NCBI RefSeq assembly: GCF_009914755.1
Contig: NC_060942.1
Length of the DNA stretch: 64,000 bases
From: the human T2T-CHM13v2.0 reference genome, Homo sapiens
Strand: one strand, 5' to 3'
Both the position numbers and the translations under genes were made by a program. Positions 1 to 15,292 of the stretch are shown one piece after another (position 1 is the stretch's first letter; the number at the start of each line of letters is the position of its first letter). Below the pieces are notes generated by a model. The model was not told where the DNA came from. It made no database searches and worked only from the letters and a program-made list of their open reading frames with translations.

Positions 1-279
<279 letters not shown>

Positions 280-614
280 CTAGAGAATTAAGCTCAAATT
301 CCTTCCATCAAGACTTCGCCTAATTTGGCTTTCAACTGCTTTATTGTCCTCAGTTCCCCTTTTCCCCCTAAGTGAGCTCTCTACCGTGGTCAAAGCCATA
401 CATTCGTAGGCCCCCTGAACACATCAAATGCATTTCCACATCTGCAGTATTCTTTCAAATTGAAACATTCCCCTGCCTCCATCCAATCTCAGGCTATCTC
501 TCCTGTTCAACTCAAGTCTGACTTCAGCTGTAAAGCTTTTCTGGCATGTATCTGGTGCTATTTCATATAGTTATTTATGTTTTTATGCATTACCCGTGTT
601 GTCCCAAAGAGACC

Positions 615-970
615 TGGGGTAGATAGTTTGCAAAACGGCCACAGTAATTTCTCCCATGCCTGTATGTATGTATGCCCCTTTGCCATTTCTATCCTCAAGA
701 GGTCTTCACTCGTTGAATCTGAGCTTGAATCGGAATATGACCTGTTTTGGCCATTGGTGTGTTAGAAACCCCTGAGACCGCCAAACAGCTGGCCAACTAC
801 CAAATGTGTGAGCAAAGCCAACCTAAATCATCCAGCCCCTGCTAAGCTGGCCTGATCGGAAAAGCCATTCCAACCAATCCATGGAATTGTAAGCAAAATA
901 AGAAATGTTTGTTTTTATATGTCAGTACTTTAGGGGATGGCTTGTTATGCAGCCAAAGCTAACAGATATA
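615..970 (+). mobile_element. MLT1-family MaLR solo LTR
   Basis: Typical MLT1 3' end ggggatggcttgttatgcagccaaagctaacagatata. Confidence 0.65.
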
Positions 971-1147
971 AGATTCTTAGCCCCTTCAGGAGCTGAGTTA
1001 CTTTACCTGAATCCTCAGAATCCAGCCTTGCACATGGGATCAAGTTCTCAATAAATATTTGCTTTTGATGATAACAACTGAAATACAGAAAGCTGGAAAC
1101 TGAGGTTTGAAGGATGAGAGGCCTAGCCTTCCCATGCTTAAAGCCTA

Positions 1148-1412
<265 letters not shown>

Positions 1413-1529
1413 TTACACAACAACTTACCTGTGCACTAACAGGTAAGTTGTGGATTCAGCTGCTGGAGTGGCAGGAAGGGGTTGACTTTGGGAAGAGATA
1501 GGCAGCCTGTGGCAGTGAGCTGTTACTCG

Positions 1530-1680
1530 TTTTATCATTCTTTCATCCATTGATCAAATGTTTATTGAACACCTACCATGTGCCTGGTGTTGTGCTGGGG
1601 ACTAAGAACAAGGAAATGAACAAGCCATGACCCTGGTTCTCAGGGGCTCTAGGTCTAGAAGGAGACAAGCATCAGAACAC
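1530..1680 (-). mobile_element. L2 3' end relic
   Basis: tttattgaacacctaccatgtgcctggtgttgtgctgggg is the reverse complement of the L2 tail. Confidence 0.6.
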
Positions 1681-2111
1681 ATCTGACCATCCCTGGATTA
1701 AATTCAACAAGAAAAGAGGTTAGCCGGAGGACTTCTTTGTGCCAAGTCCCATGTTCCAGGGTTCATTTCCTGAACAAATTGATCATGTTGTTCTTTGACC
1801 TCTTCCGCTGGTGAAAATTCATACATATTTTCCCAAAGCTATAAGTTCCTATTTTCTTAACCAGATTACACTGCTCATTAGGAAAACAAGTGAAAAAAAT
1901 GAGTCCTTAATGATATAATCATCTAATTCCTTCAGAGGTAACAACACTGTCTGTGCAGCTGGGTCCTGAGAACCACATGCTCTGACAATGTCAATACTTC
2001 AAACCTTGAGGCTGAAGAACAAAAGACAGTGATACCTGTTGCCCTCCACAGCTATGGTGACAATCTGCCTGATGGCCTAGGGCCTGAGTGTGGCTCACCA
2101 TATGGATTAGA

Positions 2112-2299
2112 GTAATAACAGTTATTGGGTATTGAGTGCTTACTGTGTGCTAATCATTGCAAACACTTTATCTTTTTTAATCCTCCCAGCAACCTCATGG
2201 GACAGGAACAATTATTATTTCTTCTTTACAGTTGAGGAAACTGGAGCACCAAGAAGTTAAGTAACTTTCCCAGGGTCACATAGCTAGTAATAGCAGATA

Positions 2300-2320
<21 letters not shown>
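2112..2320 (-). mobile_element. MIR
   Basis: Core ttacagttgaggaaactggagcaccaagaagttaagtaactttcccagggtcacatagctagtaa. Confidence 0.8.
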
Positions 2321-3107
<787 letters not shown>

Positions 3108-3115
<8 letters not shown>

Positions 3116-3171
3116 GGCACACTACATGCCTGGCACACTACATGCCTGGCACACTACATGCTTGGCACACT
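3108..3171 (+). repeat. 16-bp tandem repeat x4 (ACATGCCTGGCACACT)
   Basis: Three identical units plus one unit with a C>T change. Confidence 0.95.
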
Positions 3172-3481
3172 AAAGCAGTCCTCATTTATGAGATGGGGAA
3201 CAACCTCACCTGCCAGTCCTGTTTCTGCCTTTTTTACTTTTAGTTATAGAAATTTCTAAAAAAGAAGAGAAAACCCTAGAGAGATCACTCCTTGCCTCAA
3301 TATGGTCCCCATCCTTGCTCTTCCTGTTCTGGAGACAACTTCCTCTTTCTCCTCTCCTTCCCAGCCCAGTACTTCCCTCCCTTCTCCTCCCTGCCATCCC
3401 CTTCACACACAAGCTCTTTTTTCCCTCTGGTGTAGTTCGACCCTATAGTAATTTCTTTCTAATTCAGATCAGTGTGCCTGT

Positions 3482-3495
3482 GTTACCATGGCAAC
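3482..3495. promoter_or_regulatory. Candidate RFX X-box
   Basis: GTTACCATGGCAAC matches consensus GTTRCCATGGYAAC at all positions, in apparently non-repeat DNA. Confidence 0.5.
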
Positions 3496-3994
3496 CTGCT
3501 GCTACCAAGGCTTCAACAAAGTCACTTCTCCCCTATATTTTTAATAGAAAATCTGCACTCTACATCTTGTCCTATCCGACCTGCTACTGCCAGTTTGAAC
3601 AAAACTCCAGCCCCAGTTTCCCAAATGTCTTTAAGTATTTTTATACATCATCAATTGAGTTAATTCCAAATACATCCATGCAATTTTCTCCATGGGGGTG
3701 TACCTGGCTTTCTCAGTGAGGGGTGGACAAGTTGAATTTGTACTTATGCAGTGGGATTGACAGGAGCTGAACAGTGAATACTGAAGAGGGAAGCGGCTCG
3801 GGCGGAACTGCTGCTGCCTCACAGGGAAGGCAGGAGCAAACCAGAAACCCAACCCAAGGAAATTCTCCAGGCCACATGGGTCAGGCATGAGCTTGTGAAA
3901 TCTCCAGCCATGGAAATACCCAGAACTCAGCATACTCTCCAGGCCCTTCTGAGCAGAAGGTCGCAAGTCTGGTGCAGAGGAAATGAAGCAGCAC

Positions 3995-4218
3995 ACACTT
4001 TGGAGTCAAGCAGATTTGAGTATTATTTTCAAGTCTGTCGTTGAACTAGCTGTGCTATGTGAGCTTGGGCTAGTTCCTTAACCTCTCTGACCCTCGGCAG
4101 TTTATCTTTCAGAGTTACTGGGAGAAACACATAGGCTAATGCATGTAAAATGGTCTAAAATAGTTCTCAGTCAGCACATACTTGGTAAAGAGTAACTGCC
4201 ATTATTACAGTTATTATA
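3995..4218 (+). mobile_element. MIR
   Basis: ctttggagtcaagcagatttgag...cttgggctagttccttaacctctctga. Confidence 0.65.
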
Positions 4219-4785
4219 AGGAAAACCCTCTGAGGAAGCATCGAGATACAAAGCCAGAGCTTGGGCTCAAGAGGCATATACCAAGATTACCAAATAATCA
4301 GGCTAACTGCAGCGCTGATAACCCAACCCGAAAACACAGTCCAGACACACCAAGATTCAGGATGTAAGCAGTAATTGGGAGCAACAGCACCAGGTCTCGT
4401 TACAATTACATGCTGTCATAAGAGCAATAAGCTAGAGTTGACCCGCAAATAAACCACATGTTAACTGCTTCCAGGTCCTCTCCTCTTCTCCTTGGCCTGT
4501 TTGCAGCTGATATATGAGTTAGGCAGGCCAAGAACTGGAATGGAGCAGTGTAAGGGAGAGAGCTTGCATTTATTCCATATGGGAGAGCCAGGTGTGACCC
4601 AAAGTCAGGTCCCTGCTTGGGCCCAGAAAGGAAGGCTGGGTACACACAGAAGGAGCCATTTGACCTGAGCTGGTTCCAAAGGACTCATGAATGTAGGACT
4701 GCTTCCAAGGCTTTGAAACTCCACCTCAAAAAATATGGCATGCAGATGACTATTAAATAGTCATCTATTTGTATCATCTATACAT

Positions 4786-5077
<292 letters not shown>

Positions 5078-5385
5078 TTAACGGAGTGCATAATAGAATG
5101 TTAAGACATTTTCAAATGTAAAGAGTAACAGAGACCAGATCAGCAGTGCTGTACATATGAAGAGTGTAAGAAAACAGCCACTAGCTCAGTAACCCCTTCT
5201 GAGATGTGTAAGAGGAGCTTGGAGAAGAGCAAGTCAAACTAGTGGTGGTTCCTTCTTTGGAGAGTTGTTTCCTAGGCAGCAATGACAGGAAGCAGGACAG
5301 GAAACTTGGCATGTATCTGTTGGAAGGTCGTGGGCTGAAGGTGAGACATTGTGGCTAACGCTGCCTCCCATGATGGAGGAAGAAG

Positions 5386-6133
5386 AGGCATGTCTCGGAT
5401 CCTCCTCCAAGTCACGTGCAGCCTGGAGCTGGGCTGGTGTCAACTAAGTGCTGGCTCTGCGGAGACTCTCATTCAGTAGCTGCCTGGAGGGAGCAAGTGA
5501 AGCTCTTTCCTATTTGTTTTGAGCTTTAGAAAAGATAAAGCAAACAGGCTGGGTGCAGTGGCTCATGCCAGTAATCCTAGCACTTTGGGAGGCTGAGGCG
5601 GGCATATCACTTGAGGCCAGGAGTTCAGGACCAGCCTGGCTAGCATGGCAAAACCCCGTCTCTACTAAAAATACAAAAAATAAAAAAATAAAAAATTAGC
5701 CAGGCATGGTGGTATGCGCCTGTAATCACAGCTCTCCAGGAGCACAAGAACTGCTTGAACCTGGGAGGAGGAGCTTGCAGTGAGTTGAGATAACACCACT
5801 GCACTCCAGCCTGGGCAACAGAACGAGACTCTGTCTCAAAACAAAAACAAAAACAAAAAACAGCAACAACAAAAATGAAAAGATAAAGCAAACAAGAAGT
5901 AAAGAGTTGTGTATAAAGCACTTGCAATCCTCTAAGAGCTAAAAATAGCATAAGGCTACTTAACACCCAAATAACTGCCTGGCTGCTGGGGACCCTGCAA
6001 GCTCTGCACTGAGTAGGAGGAAAAGAAAGGAGGCAGAATCATCTCCTAACAGACAAGTGCTGTTAGCAGACGAGGTCTAAAGCTGTGCAAGCTTCAGGAA
6101 AAACAAAAACCAAACACTTGGCTTCAAGCCCCA
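5386..6133. repeat. Right arm of inverted duplication
   Basis: Reverse complement of 2300-3115. Confidence 0.95.
5547..5876 (+). mobile_element. AluS in right arm
   Basis: Perfect 18-bp TSD GAAAAGATAAAGCAAACA at 5529-5546 / 5877-5894. Confidence 0.92.
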
Positions 6134-6134
6134 C

Positions 6135-6214
6135 GAACCTGGGAGGCGGAGGTTGCAGTGAGCAGAGATTGCGCCACTGCACTCCAGCCTGGGAGACAGA
6201 GTGAGACTCTGCCT

Positions 6215-6250
<36 letters not shown>
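6135..6250 (+). mobile_element. Alu 3' fragment (end of right monomer plus long A-tail)
   Basis: gaacctgggaggcggaggttgcagtgagc...ctc followed by A-run. Confidence 0.88.
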
Positions 6251-6252
<2 letters not shown>

Positions 6253-6253
6253 A

Positions 6254-6502
6254 GAAGGTGAAGGGGAGCTACCATGTGCAGAGAGTACATGGTAAGAGAT
6301 CAGGGAAGTGGGGTGGGGAGATGTCATGTTCTTTTTAACAACCAGCTCATGCAGGAACTAATAAATGCCCAAGGGAAGGCATTAATATATTCATGAGGGA
6401 ACCACTCCCATGACTCAATCACCTCCCATTAGGCCCACCTCCAGCATTGGGGATCAGATTTCAACATGAGATTTGGAGGTGACAAACACCCAAACCGAAG
6501 CA
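6254..6502 (-). mobile_element. Partial MST-family MaLR LTR
   Basis: cacctcccattaggcccacctccagcattggggatcagatttcaacatgagatttgg; the tgtattagt-type terminus is missing on the left. Confidence 0.75.
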
Positions 6503-7609
6503 AGCTCCAAGAGAAGCTGTCTCCTTCTGACCTGAGGATGGGAAAGGGAGCCCATAAGACTCAGAGAGAGTGGGAGACATTCCCCTTTATTTTTAGTCAT
6601 TTATTTTATCTCCCACCCAACCCTCCAGGAAACCCCATGGTGGTGACAGTGATAGTAACAGCAGCAGCAACTGAAGAGGCACCTAAAATTCTGAGGGAGT
6701 AGAACCCTTCTCTCTGACCAGAGGGACTATAGTCCGAAGAGCATAGAGAAAATTTGAATTGTTTTTTGTCTGTGTCTATTCTCCCACTGCTTGGCTTTGG
6801 AGGAAAGATGCAGTCAGAAGTATGCTACAGAGTTGGGAAGCTAAATTTTCAGTTTCTAGACGGAATACCAGGAGAAGCAATCCCTGGAGGCCAGAACATG
6901 TCACAGAGATCATGGTAAAGAGACAATTCGAGAAAGCAGACCCCTAAAGTTATGTATGAGCATGTTGGCTTATTCCAGGAATATAAATGCATTGATCTGA
7001 CTCTAGACAGCATACCAAAAGTTTCAAGAACTGAACTGTGAACTAGGCAACCACCTGGTTCCCAGATTGGTCACTGGGAGGTAGACAGTTGAGGACATGT
7101 CTGAATATCACTGTAAAAACTTGGAAAACTGAACTGATATTAAAACCACAGCCCACTAAAGGCAGGTGAGACATGGGTCCTAACCAAGTTCATTGCCTGC
7201 TGAAACAAACAAACAAATCAACTTTCTCCATAAGAATCAATTAAGATCAGAGTCTCAATACAATATTCAAAATGTCCCAAATGAAGAACCAGAAGAATCT
7301 CAACAATTCATAAGGATAAACATAACCAAAAGACATCAATCACAAGAAGACACATATATTAAAATTACCAAAGATTTTAGAGCAGCTATTACAACAATGC
7401 GCCAATAAATAAGAAAGAACAGTCTTGAAATGATTGGAAAGATACAAAGTCTAAGCAGAGAGAGCCATGATATAAAAGAAGAACCAAATGCAAACTTTAG
7501 AACTGAAATATACAACAACCAAAACAAAAAATGTATGGGTAGTCCTCAATAGTAGAACAAAAATGGGAGGAAAGAGTCAGTCAACTTGAAGGTAGATCAA
7601 TAGAAATTA

Positions 7610-8009
<400 letters not shown>

Positions 8010-8131
8010 TCATCAGAGTCCTAAAAGGAAAGGAAAAAGAGTGTGGTTTATAAAAGTATTGAAAGGAATAATGGCTGAAAGCTTTCAAAACTTAGTGAAA
8101 TACTTAAACTTACAGATTCAAGAAACTCAGT

Positions 8132-8529
8132 TGTATTAGTTCATTTTCACACTGCTATAAGGACATACCCGAGACTGGGTAATTTATAAAGAAAAAAGGC
8201 TTAATCTGCTCATGGTTCTGCAGGCTATATTGGCTTCTGCTTCTGGGGAGGCCTCTGGAAACTTACAATTGTGGTGGAAGGCAAAGGCGAAGTGGGTACA
8301 TGGTCACATGGCTGGCAGGGGAGAGCGAGAACAAAGTGGGAGGTGCTACACACTTTAAATCAACCAGATCTTGTGAGAACTCTGTCATGAGACAGCACTA
8401 AGCGGACGGTGCTAAGACATTAGAAAACACCCTCATGATCCAATCACCTCCCACCAAGCTCCTCCTCCAACACTGGGAATTGCAATTTGACATGAGATTG
8501 GGGTGGGGACACAGAGCCAAACCATAGCA
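8132..8529 (-). mobile_element. MSTA-like MaLR solo LTR
   Basis: tgtattagttcattttcacactgctataaggacatacccgagactggg...gggacacagagccaaccatagca. Confidence 0.85.
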
Positions 8530-11024
8530 CTGAGCATACCATAAGGAAGATGAACCCAAAGCAATTCATACCCAGACACAAACAGATGAAAACTAAGAAC
8601 AAAGGGGAAAAAACAGCCAGAGGAAAATAACACATTACATGTAGGAAAAAAATGGCTACAATGACTGGATTTCTCCTCAGAAATCCAGGTCAGAAGGCAG
8701 TGGAACATTTTAAACTACTGAAAGAAAATCATTGTCAGTTCAGAATTCTGTAACCAGCAAAAATATATTTCAAGAATACAGGTGAAATAAAGACATTCTC
8801 AGATGAAAAAAAAACAAAGAAAATTCATTGTCATTAGACCTGCCATAAAAGAAATTCTTCAAACAGAAGGCAAATGACACCAGAGGAAAACTTGGAACTT
8901 CAAGAATGAAGAGTAGCAGATGTGATAAATACCTAATTCAGTATAATAAATTAGGCTTTTTCCTTGTGAATTCTTTAAAATATGTGTGATAATTAAAAAA
9001 AAATTAAAACGTTGTTTAATGGGGTTTTCTTTAGCAATTGGTGCAAAACATGGAGAAAATACAATATAAGGGGCAGGTAAAGGAAACCATACAAGCTTTC
9101 TATAATCCACTTTAAGTGGTTGGATAGTAATTCAAAACAGACTGTAAAAAGTTAAGTATGTATATTATAATCTGTAAAGAAACCACTGAAAAGAAAATAT
9201 ATACAAAGAGATAAGTAAAAAACTCAAAAAATTAAAATATGAAAAAATGTTCAAAGAAATCAAAATAAGGCAAGAAAGGGGAATAGATGAAGAAATACGG
9301 AAGGAAAAAAGAGAAAACAAGTAATAATGTGGTTGATCTAAATAAAAACATACCAATAATTATTTAAATATAAGTTATCTCAACACATCAATTAAAAGAC
9401 AGTGATTCTGAAAATGGATAAAAAATGAAAGAACAACACACAGCTATGTGCTGTCAACATAATTCTCAAATGTCAGTGAAAATATAATGATACAAGTAGA
9501 TCAAGAGTAAAAGAACAAAAGAAATATGCCATGTAATCACTAATCAAAACAAAGCTGGAATTACTATACTAATTAATATCAGACAAAGTAGACTTAAGAG
9601 CAAGGAAAAGGGATAAAAAGGGACATTATAATAATAAAATGATTGATTATTCAAAAACAAATATTAATCCTAAATGTGTATGCACAAAGCAACAGAGCTT
9701 CAAAATATATGAAACAACTTACAGATTCAAGAAACTCAGTTGTATTAACTGACAGAACTGAAAGAATAGTGAAATATAGAAATAAACTTGGAGACTTTAA
9801 CACTCCTTTCTCAGTTATTGATAAAGCAAAAAAGACAGAAAATCAGCAAAAATATAGAATAACTTAACATCATGAAACTACTAGATCTAATTAACACTGT
9901 AATATCATTCCACCCAACAGATTCTGCAGTTTTTCCAGGTGTGCATTAAAGGTTCATAAAGATATACCACATCCAGAGTCATAAAACAAACATTAACAAA
10001 TATAAAAATTAAAATCATGCAACAATTTGTCCCTATTCATAATGGAATTAAACTGGAAGTAAACAACAGGGATATATTAACAAGTGGGAAATTTCCAAAT
10101 ACTAAGAAGTTAAAGCACTTCTAAATTATCCACGCATCAAATAGGAAGTCTCACGGGAAACTGGAAAATATTTTAAAATGGAGGAAAATGAAAACATTAT
10201 ATATTAAAAATGTGTGAGATGCAGTTACAGCAGTGCTTAGAGGGAAAATTATAGCATAAAATGCTATAGCTGCTTTTCTATTAGAAAAGAAGAAATTTTT
10301 GAATCAACAATCTAGGGTTTCACCTTAACAAACTAAAACAAACAAGGTAATTGTAAACCCAAAGCAAGGAGAAGTAAGGAAATACTAAGGATGAGAAGAA
10401 ATTGATTAAATTAAGAACTGAAAGACAATAGAGAAAATGAATGAAAACAAAAGCCAGTCCTTTGAAAACATAAATAAAATTGATTAGTCTTTAGCCAGAC
10501 TGACCAGGTAAAACAGAGAGAAAATATAATGTACCAATATCAGGAATGAGAAAGGAGACATTAATACAGACCTTATGGACATGAAGAGGAAAATAAAGGA
10601 ATACGCCCAACAACTCTACACATATAGATCCAATAACTTAGATGAAATGAACAAATTACTTGAAAGCTACAATCTACAAAACTTACCCAAGGAAAAAAAC
10701 ACATAACAGGCATAGTTCTTTATTAACAAAATTGAATTATAGTTTTTTTAAGAACATTTGAAAAAAAATTCCAAGATTAAATGGTTTCACTGGTGAATTC
10801 TACCAAGTATTTAAAGAAAAATAGCATAGATTTTATACAATCACTTCCAGAAAATAGAAAATAGGAAATATTTTATGGGGCCAGTCTTATTTTGATACCA
10901 AAAGCATAGGTATTACAAGAGGAGAAAACTAGAGACCAAATCCATCATTAACATAGATGTAGGAAATCTCAGCAAAATATTTGCAAATTGATTCCAGCAA
11001 TACATAAAAAGAAGAATACTCCAC

Positions 11025-11315
<291 letters not shown>

Positions 11316-11526
11316 TCAAGGATGCAAGGATGGTTTTAACGCTCGAAAATCAATGTAGCCTACCATATGAAAGACTAAAGAAGAAAAGCCACATAACTAT
11401 ATCCGTTAATGCAGAAAATAATTTGACATTCTTTTATGATAAAAACTCTTAGTAAAGTCGGGATAGAAGGAAAATTAACCTGACAAAGGGCATTTACCAA
11501 AATTTTTTTTAAAAGCCAATATCACA

Positions 11527-12399
<873 letters not shown>

Positions 12400-13512
12400 A
12401 AAAGCCAATATCACACTTAATGACAAAAGACTGACTGCTTTCCTGCTAAGATCTAGAACAAAACAAAAAGACACTCTCACAGCTCCTACTCAACAATAAA
12501 AGGTATTTGGATTGGAAAGGAAGAAATAATACTAACCGTATCACAGACAAAATGATTATCTGTCTATGTAGAAAATTCCAAAGAATCTACCCAAGGAATC
12601 TAGAGCTAATGAGTTTAGCAAGGTTGTGATTATAATTCAACGTTTTAAAAATCAGTGATATTTTTAGATACTCATAATGAATAATTGGAAACTGAAATTT
12701 AATAAAGCAATACCATTAACAAGAACTCAAAAATGAAATACTTACATATAAATCTAACAAAACATATGCAGGATCTATATGCTGAGGACCACAAACTACT
12801 GATGAAAAAATAAAGAAAACTTAAAGAAACAGAAAGGCATACTTTGCAGTTTGAAAGATTCAAGAGTTAAGATGTCAACAAGATTTTCAAATTGGTCTAT
12901 AGATTTAATGCAAATTCAATCAAAAGCTCAGAAATCCTTTTTCCGTATTAACAAACAAGTTTTAAAAATTTTATGGAAATACCAAAGAACTGGAATGGCC
13001 AAAGCAATATTGAAAAAGAACAAAGATGAAAGACTCACAGTACCCAGTTTTAACACCTATTATAAAGCTCCAGTAATCAAGACAGTGTAGTACTGGCAAA
13101 TGGGAAAAACACATAAACTAATGGAATGGGATAGAGAGGCCAAGAATAGTCCCACACAAATAGGGCCAGTTGACTTTTTACAAAACTGCAAAAGTAATTC
13201 AATTAAGAGAGGAGAGTCTATTGAACAAATTAGTCTTAATTGGATTAAATTGTTTAATTTGTCAATCATTGGATTGAATTAATTTTGTCAACCATATGAA
13301 AAAAGGGAACCTTCACCTAAACTCTGTATCTTATACCAGAACTAACTCAAAATGTATCATAAATCTAAAAGTAAAGTGTACAACTGTAAAACATTTAGAA
13401 AAGAGAAAATTTTTATCTTGGGTTAGGCAAATAAGTTTTAGATACAACACCAGAAACATGATACATAAAAGAAAAAATTAATATATTATACTTCATCAAG
13501 ATTAAAACATTT

Positions 13513-13662
13513 TAGGATTGGGGAGTTTCTTTTGAGGGTGCTGAAAATGTCCCGAAATTGATTATGTGATGATTGCACAACTCTGTGAATACAGTAAAAT
13601 ACATTACGTTGTACACTTTAAATGGGTGAAATGTATGGTATGTGAGTTATGTCACAATAATT
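13513..13662 (+). mobile_element. Short L1MB 3' end nested in the older L1
   Basis: gattgcacaactctgtgaat...gtacactttaaatgggtgaa...aataa. Confidence 0.7.
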
Positions 13663-14391
13663 CTCTCTTAAGAGTATAAAAAGGCAAGTTAGAGGCTTGA
13701 AGAAAATATTTTCAAATCATGCATCTGACAAAAGAACTATTTTCAGAATGTTTTTTTAAACTCTCAAAACTCAACAATAAGAAGAAACAACCCAATTAAA
13801 AAATAGACAAAAAGACTTGAACAGACACTTTACTGAAGAGGATGTAAGGATGGCAAATAAGCACAGGAAAAGATGTTCAACATCATTGGCCATTAAAGAA
13901 ATGGGAATTAAAACCACAACAAGATATCACTACACACCTGTTGAATGGCTAACCAACAACAACAAAAAGATAATGCTAAGTGCTGGCAATAAAAAGGATT
14001 AGCTGCTAATAATAAGGATTAGCAAAAAACTTTTATTCTTTGCTGGTAGGAATGCAAAATGGTACAGCTACTTTGGAAAACAGTGTGACAGTTTCTTGTA
14101 AAGTTAAACTTACACTTATTTTATGGACCAGCAATCATATTCCTAGGTATTTGTTCCAAAGAAATAAAACTCTATGTTTATACAAACATCTGTATACAAA
14201 TGTATATAGTAGTTCTAGACATAACTGCTGAAAACTAGAAATAACTCAAATGTCCTTTAACAAATAAATGGATAAACAAACAGTGGTCCCTGTATATAAT
14301 AAAATTCCACATGGCAACAAAAAGATGTACTATTGATACACGAAACACTATGGGCAAATCACAAAAGTATCACAAGGAGTGAAAAAAGCTA

Positions 14392-14575
<184 letters not shown>

Positions 14576-14651
14576 AAAAAAGCTAGTCTTGTATGTTTAT
14601 ATGCATGTGATTCCATTTATATGACATCTGGAAAAGGCAGAGCTCTAGGGA

Positions 14652-15292
14652 GGTATATTCATTTTCTCTTGATGCACAGCAAATTTCCACAAACTTAGTG
14701 GCCTAAAATAATACACATTTGTTATCTCAAAGTTTCTGTGGATTAGGAGTCAGGATTTGGCTTAACTGGGTCTTGCTCAGGGTCTCACAAGGCTGCAATC
14801 AACGTGTCAAGCAGGCTGCGTTCTCATCTGAAGGCTCAACCAGGGAAGAATTGACTTCTGAGCTAATTCAGGCTATTGGCAGAATTTATTTTCTTGCAGC
14901 TATGTGACTGAGGGCACCAGCTTCTCATGGGCTGTTGGCTGGAGAGTGCTTTCAGGTGCTAGAAGCTGCCCACAGTTTCCTGCCACATAGCCCTCCTCAC
15001 TGGTAATCACACATGGCAGTTTGCTTCTTCACAGCAAACAGGGGAGAGTCTCTTGCTCCAGTCTTCTAAGAGAGAGTCTTATATAAGACAGTGTAATTGT
15101 GAGAGTAGCAACTCATAAACTTTACCATATAACAACCTAATCAGGAAAGTGACATCCCATAATCTTTACCATATTCTATTGGCTAGAATTAAGTCATAGG
15201 TTGTGCCCACACTCAAGATGTGAGGAATTAAATAGGGGATAACAGAACAGGACAAAGGTCATGGGGTCCATTTTATAATTCGGCTTACCTCA
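14652..15292 (-). mobile_element. MLT1E-like MaLR LTR
   Basis: ccacaaacttagtggcctaaaataatacac...gggtctcacaaggctgcaatc. Confidence 0.75.

Noticed and set aside
3315-3996. 134-aa and 121-aa ORFs in the spacer
   Set aside because: No recognisable homology or exon structure; non-ATG starts.
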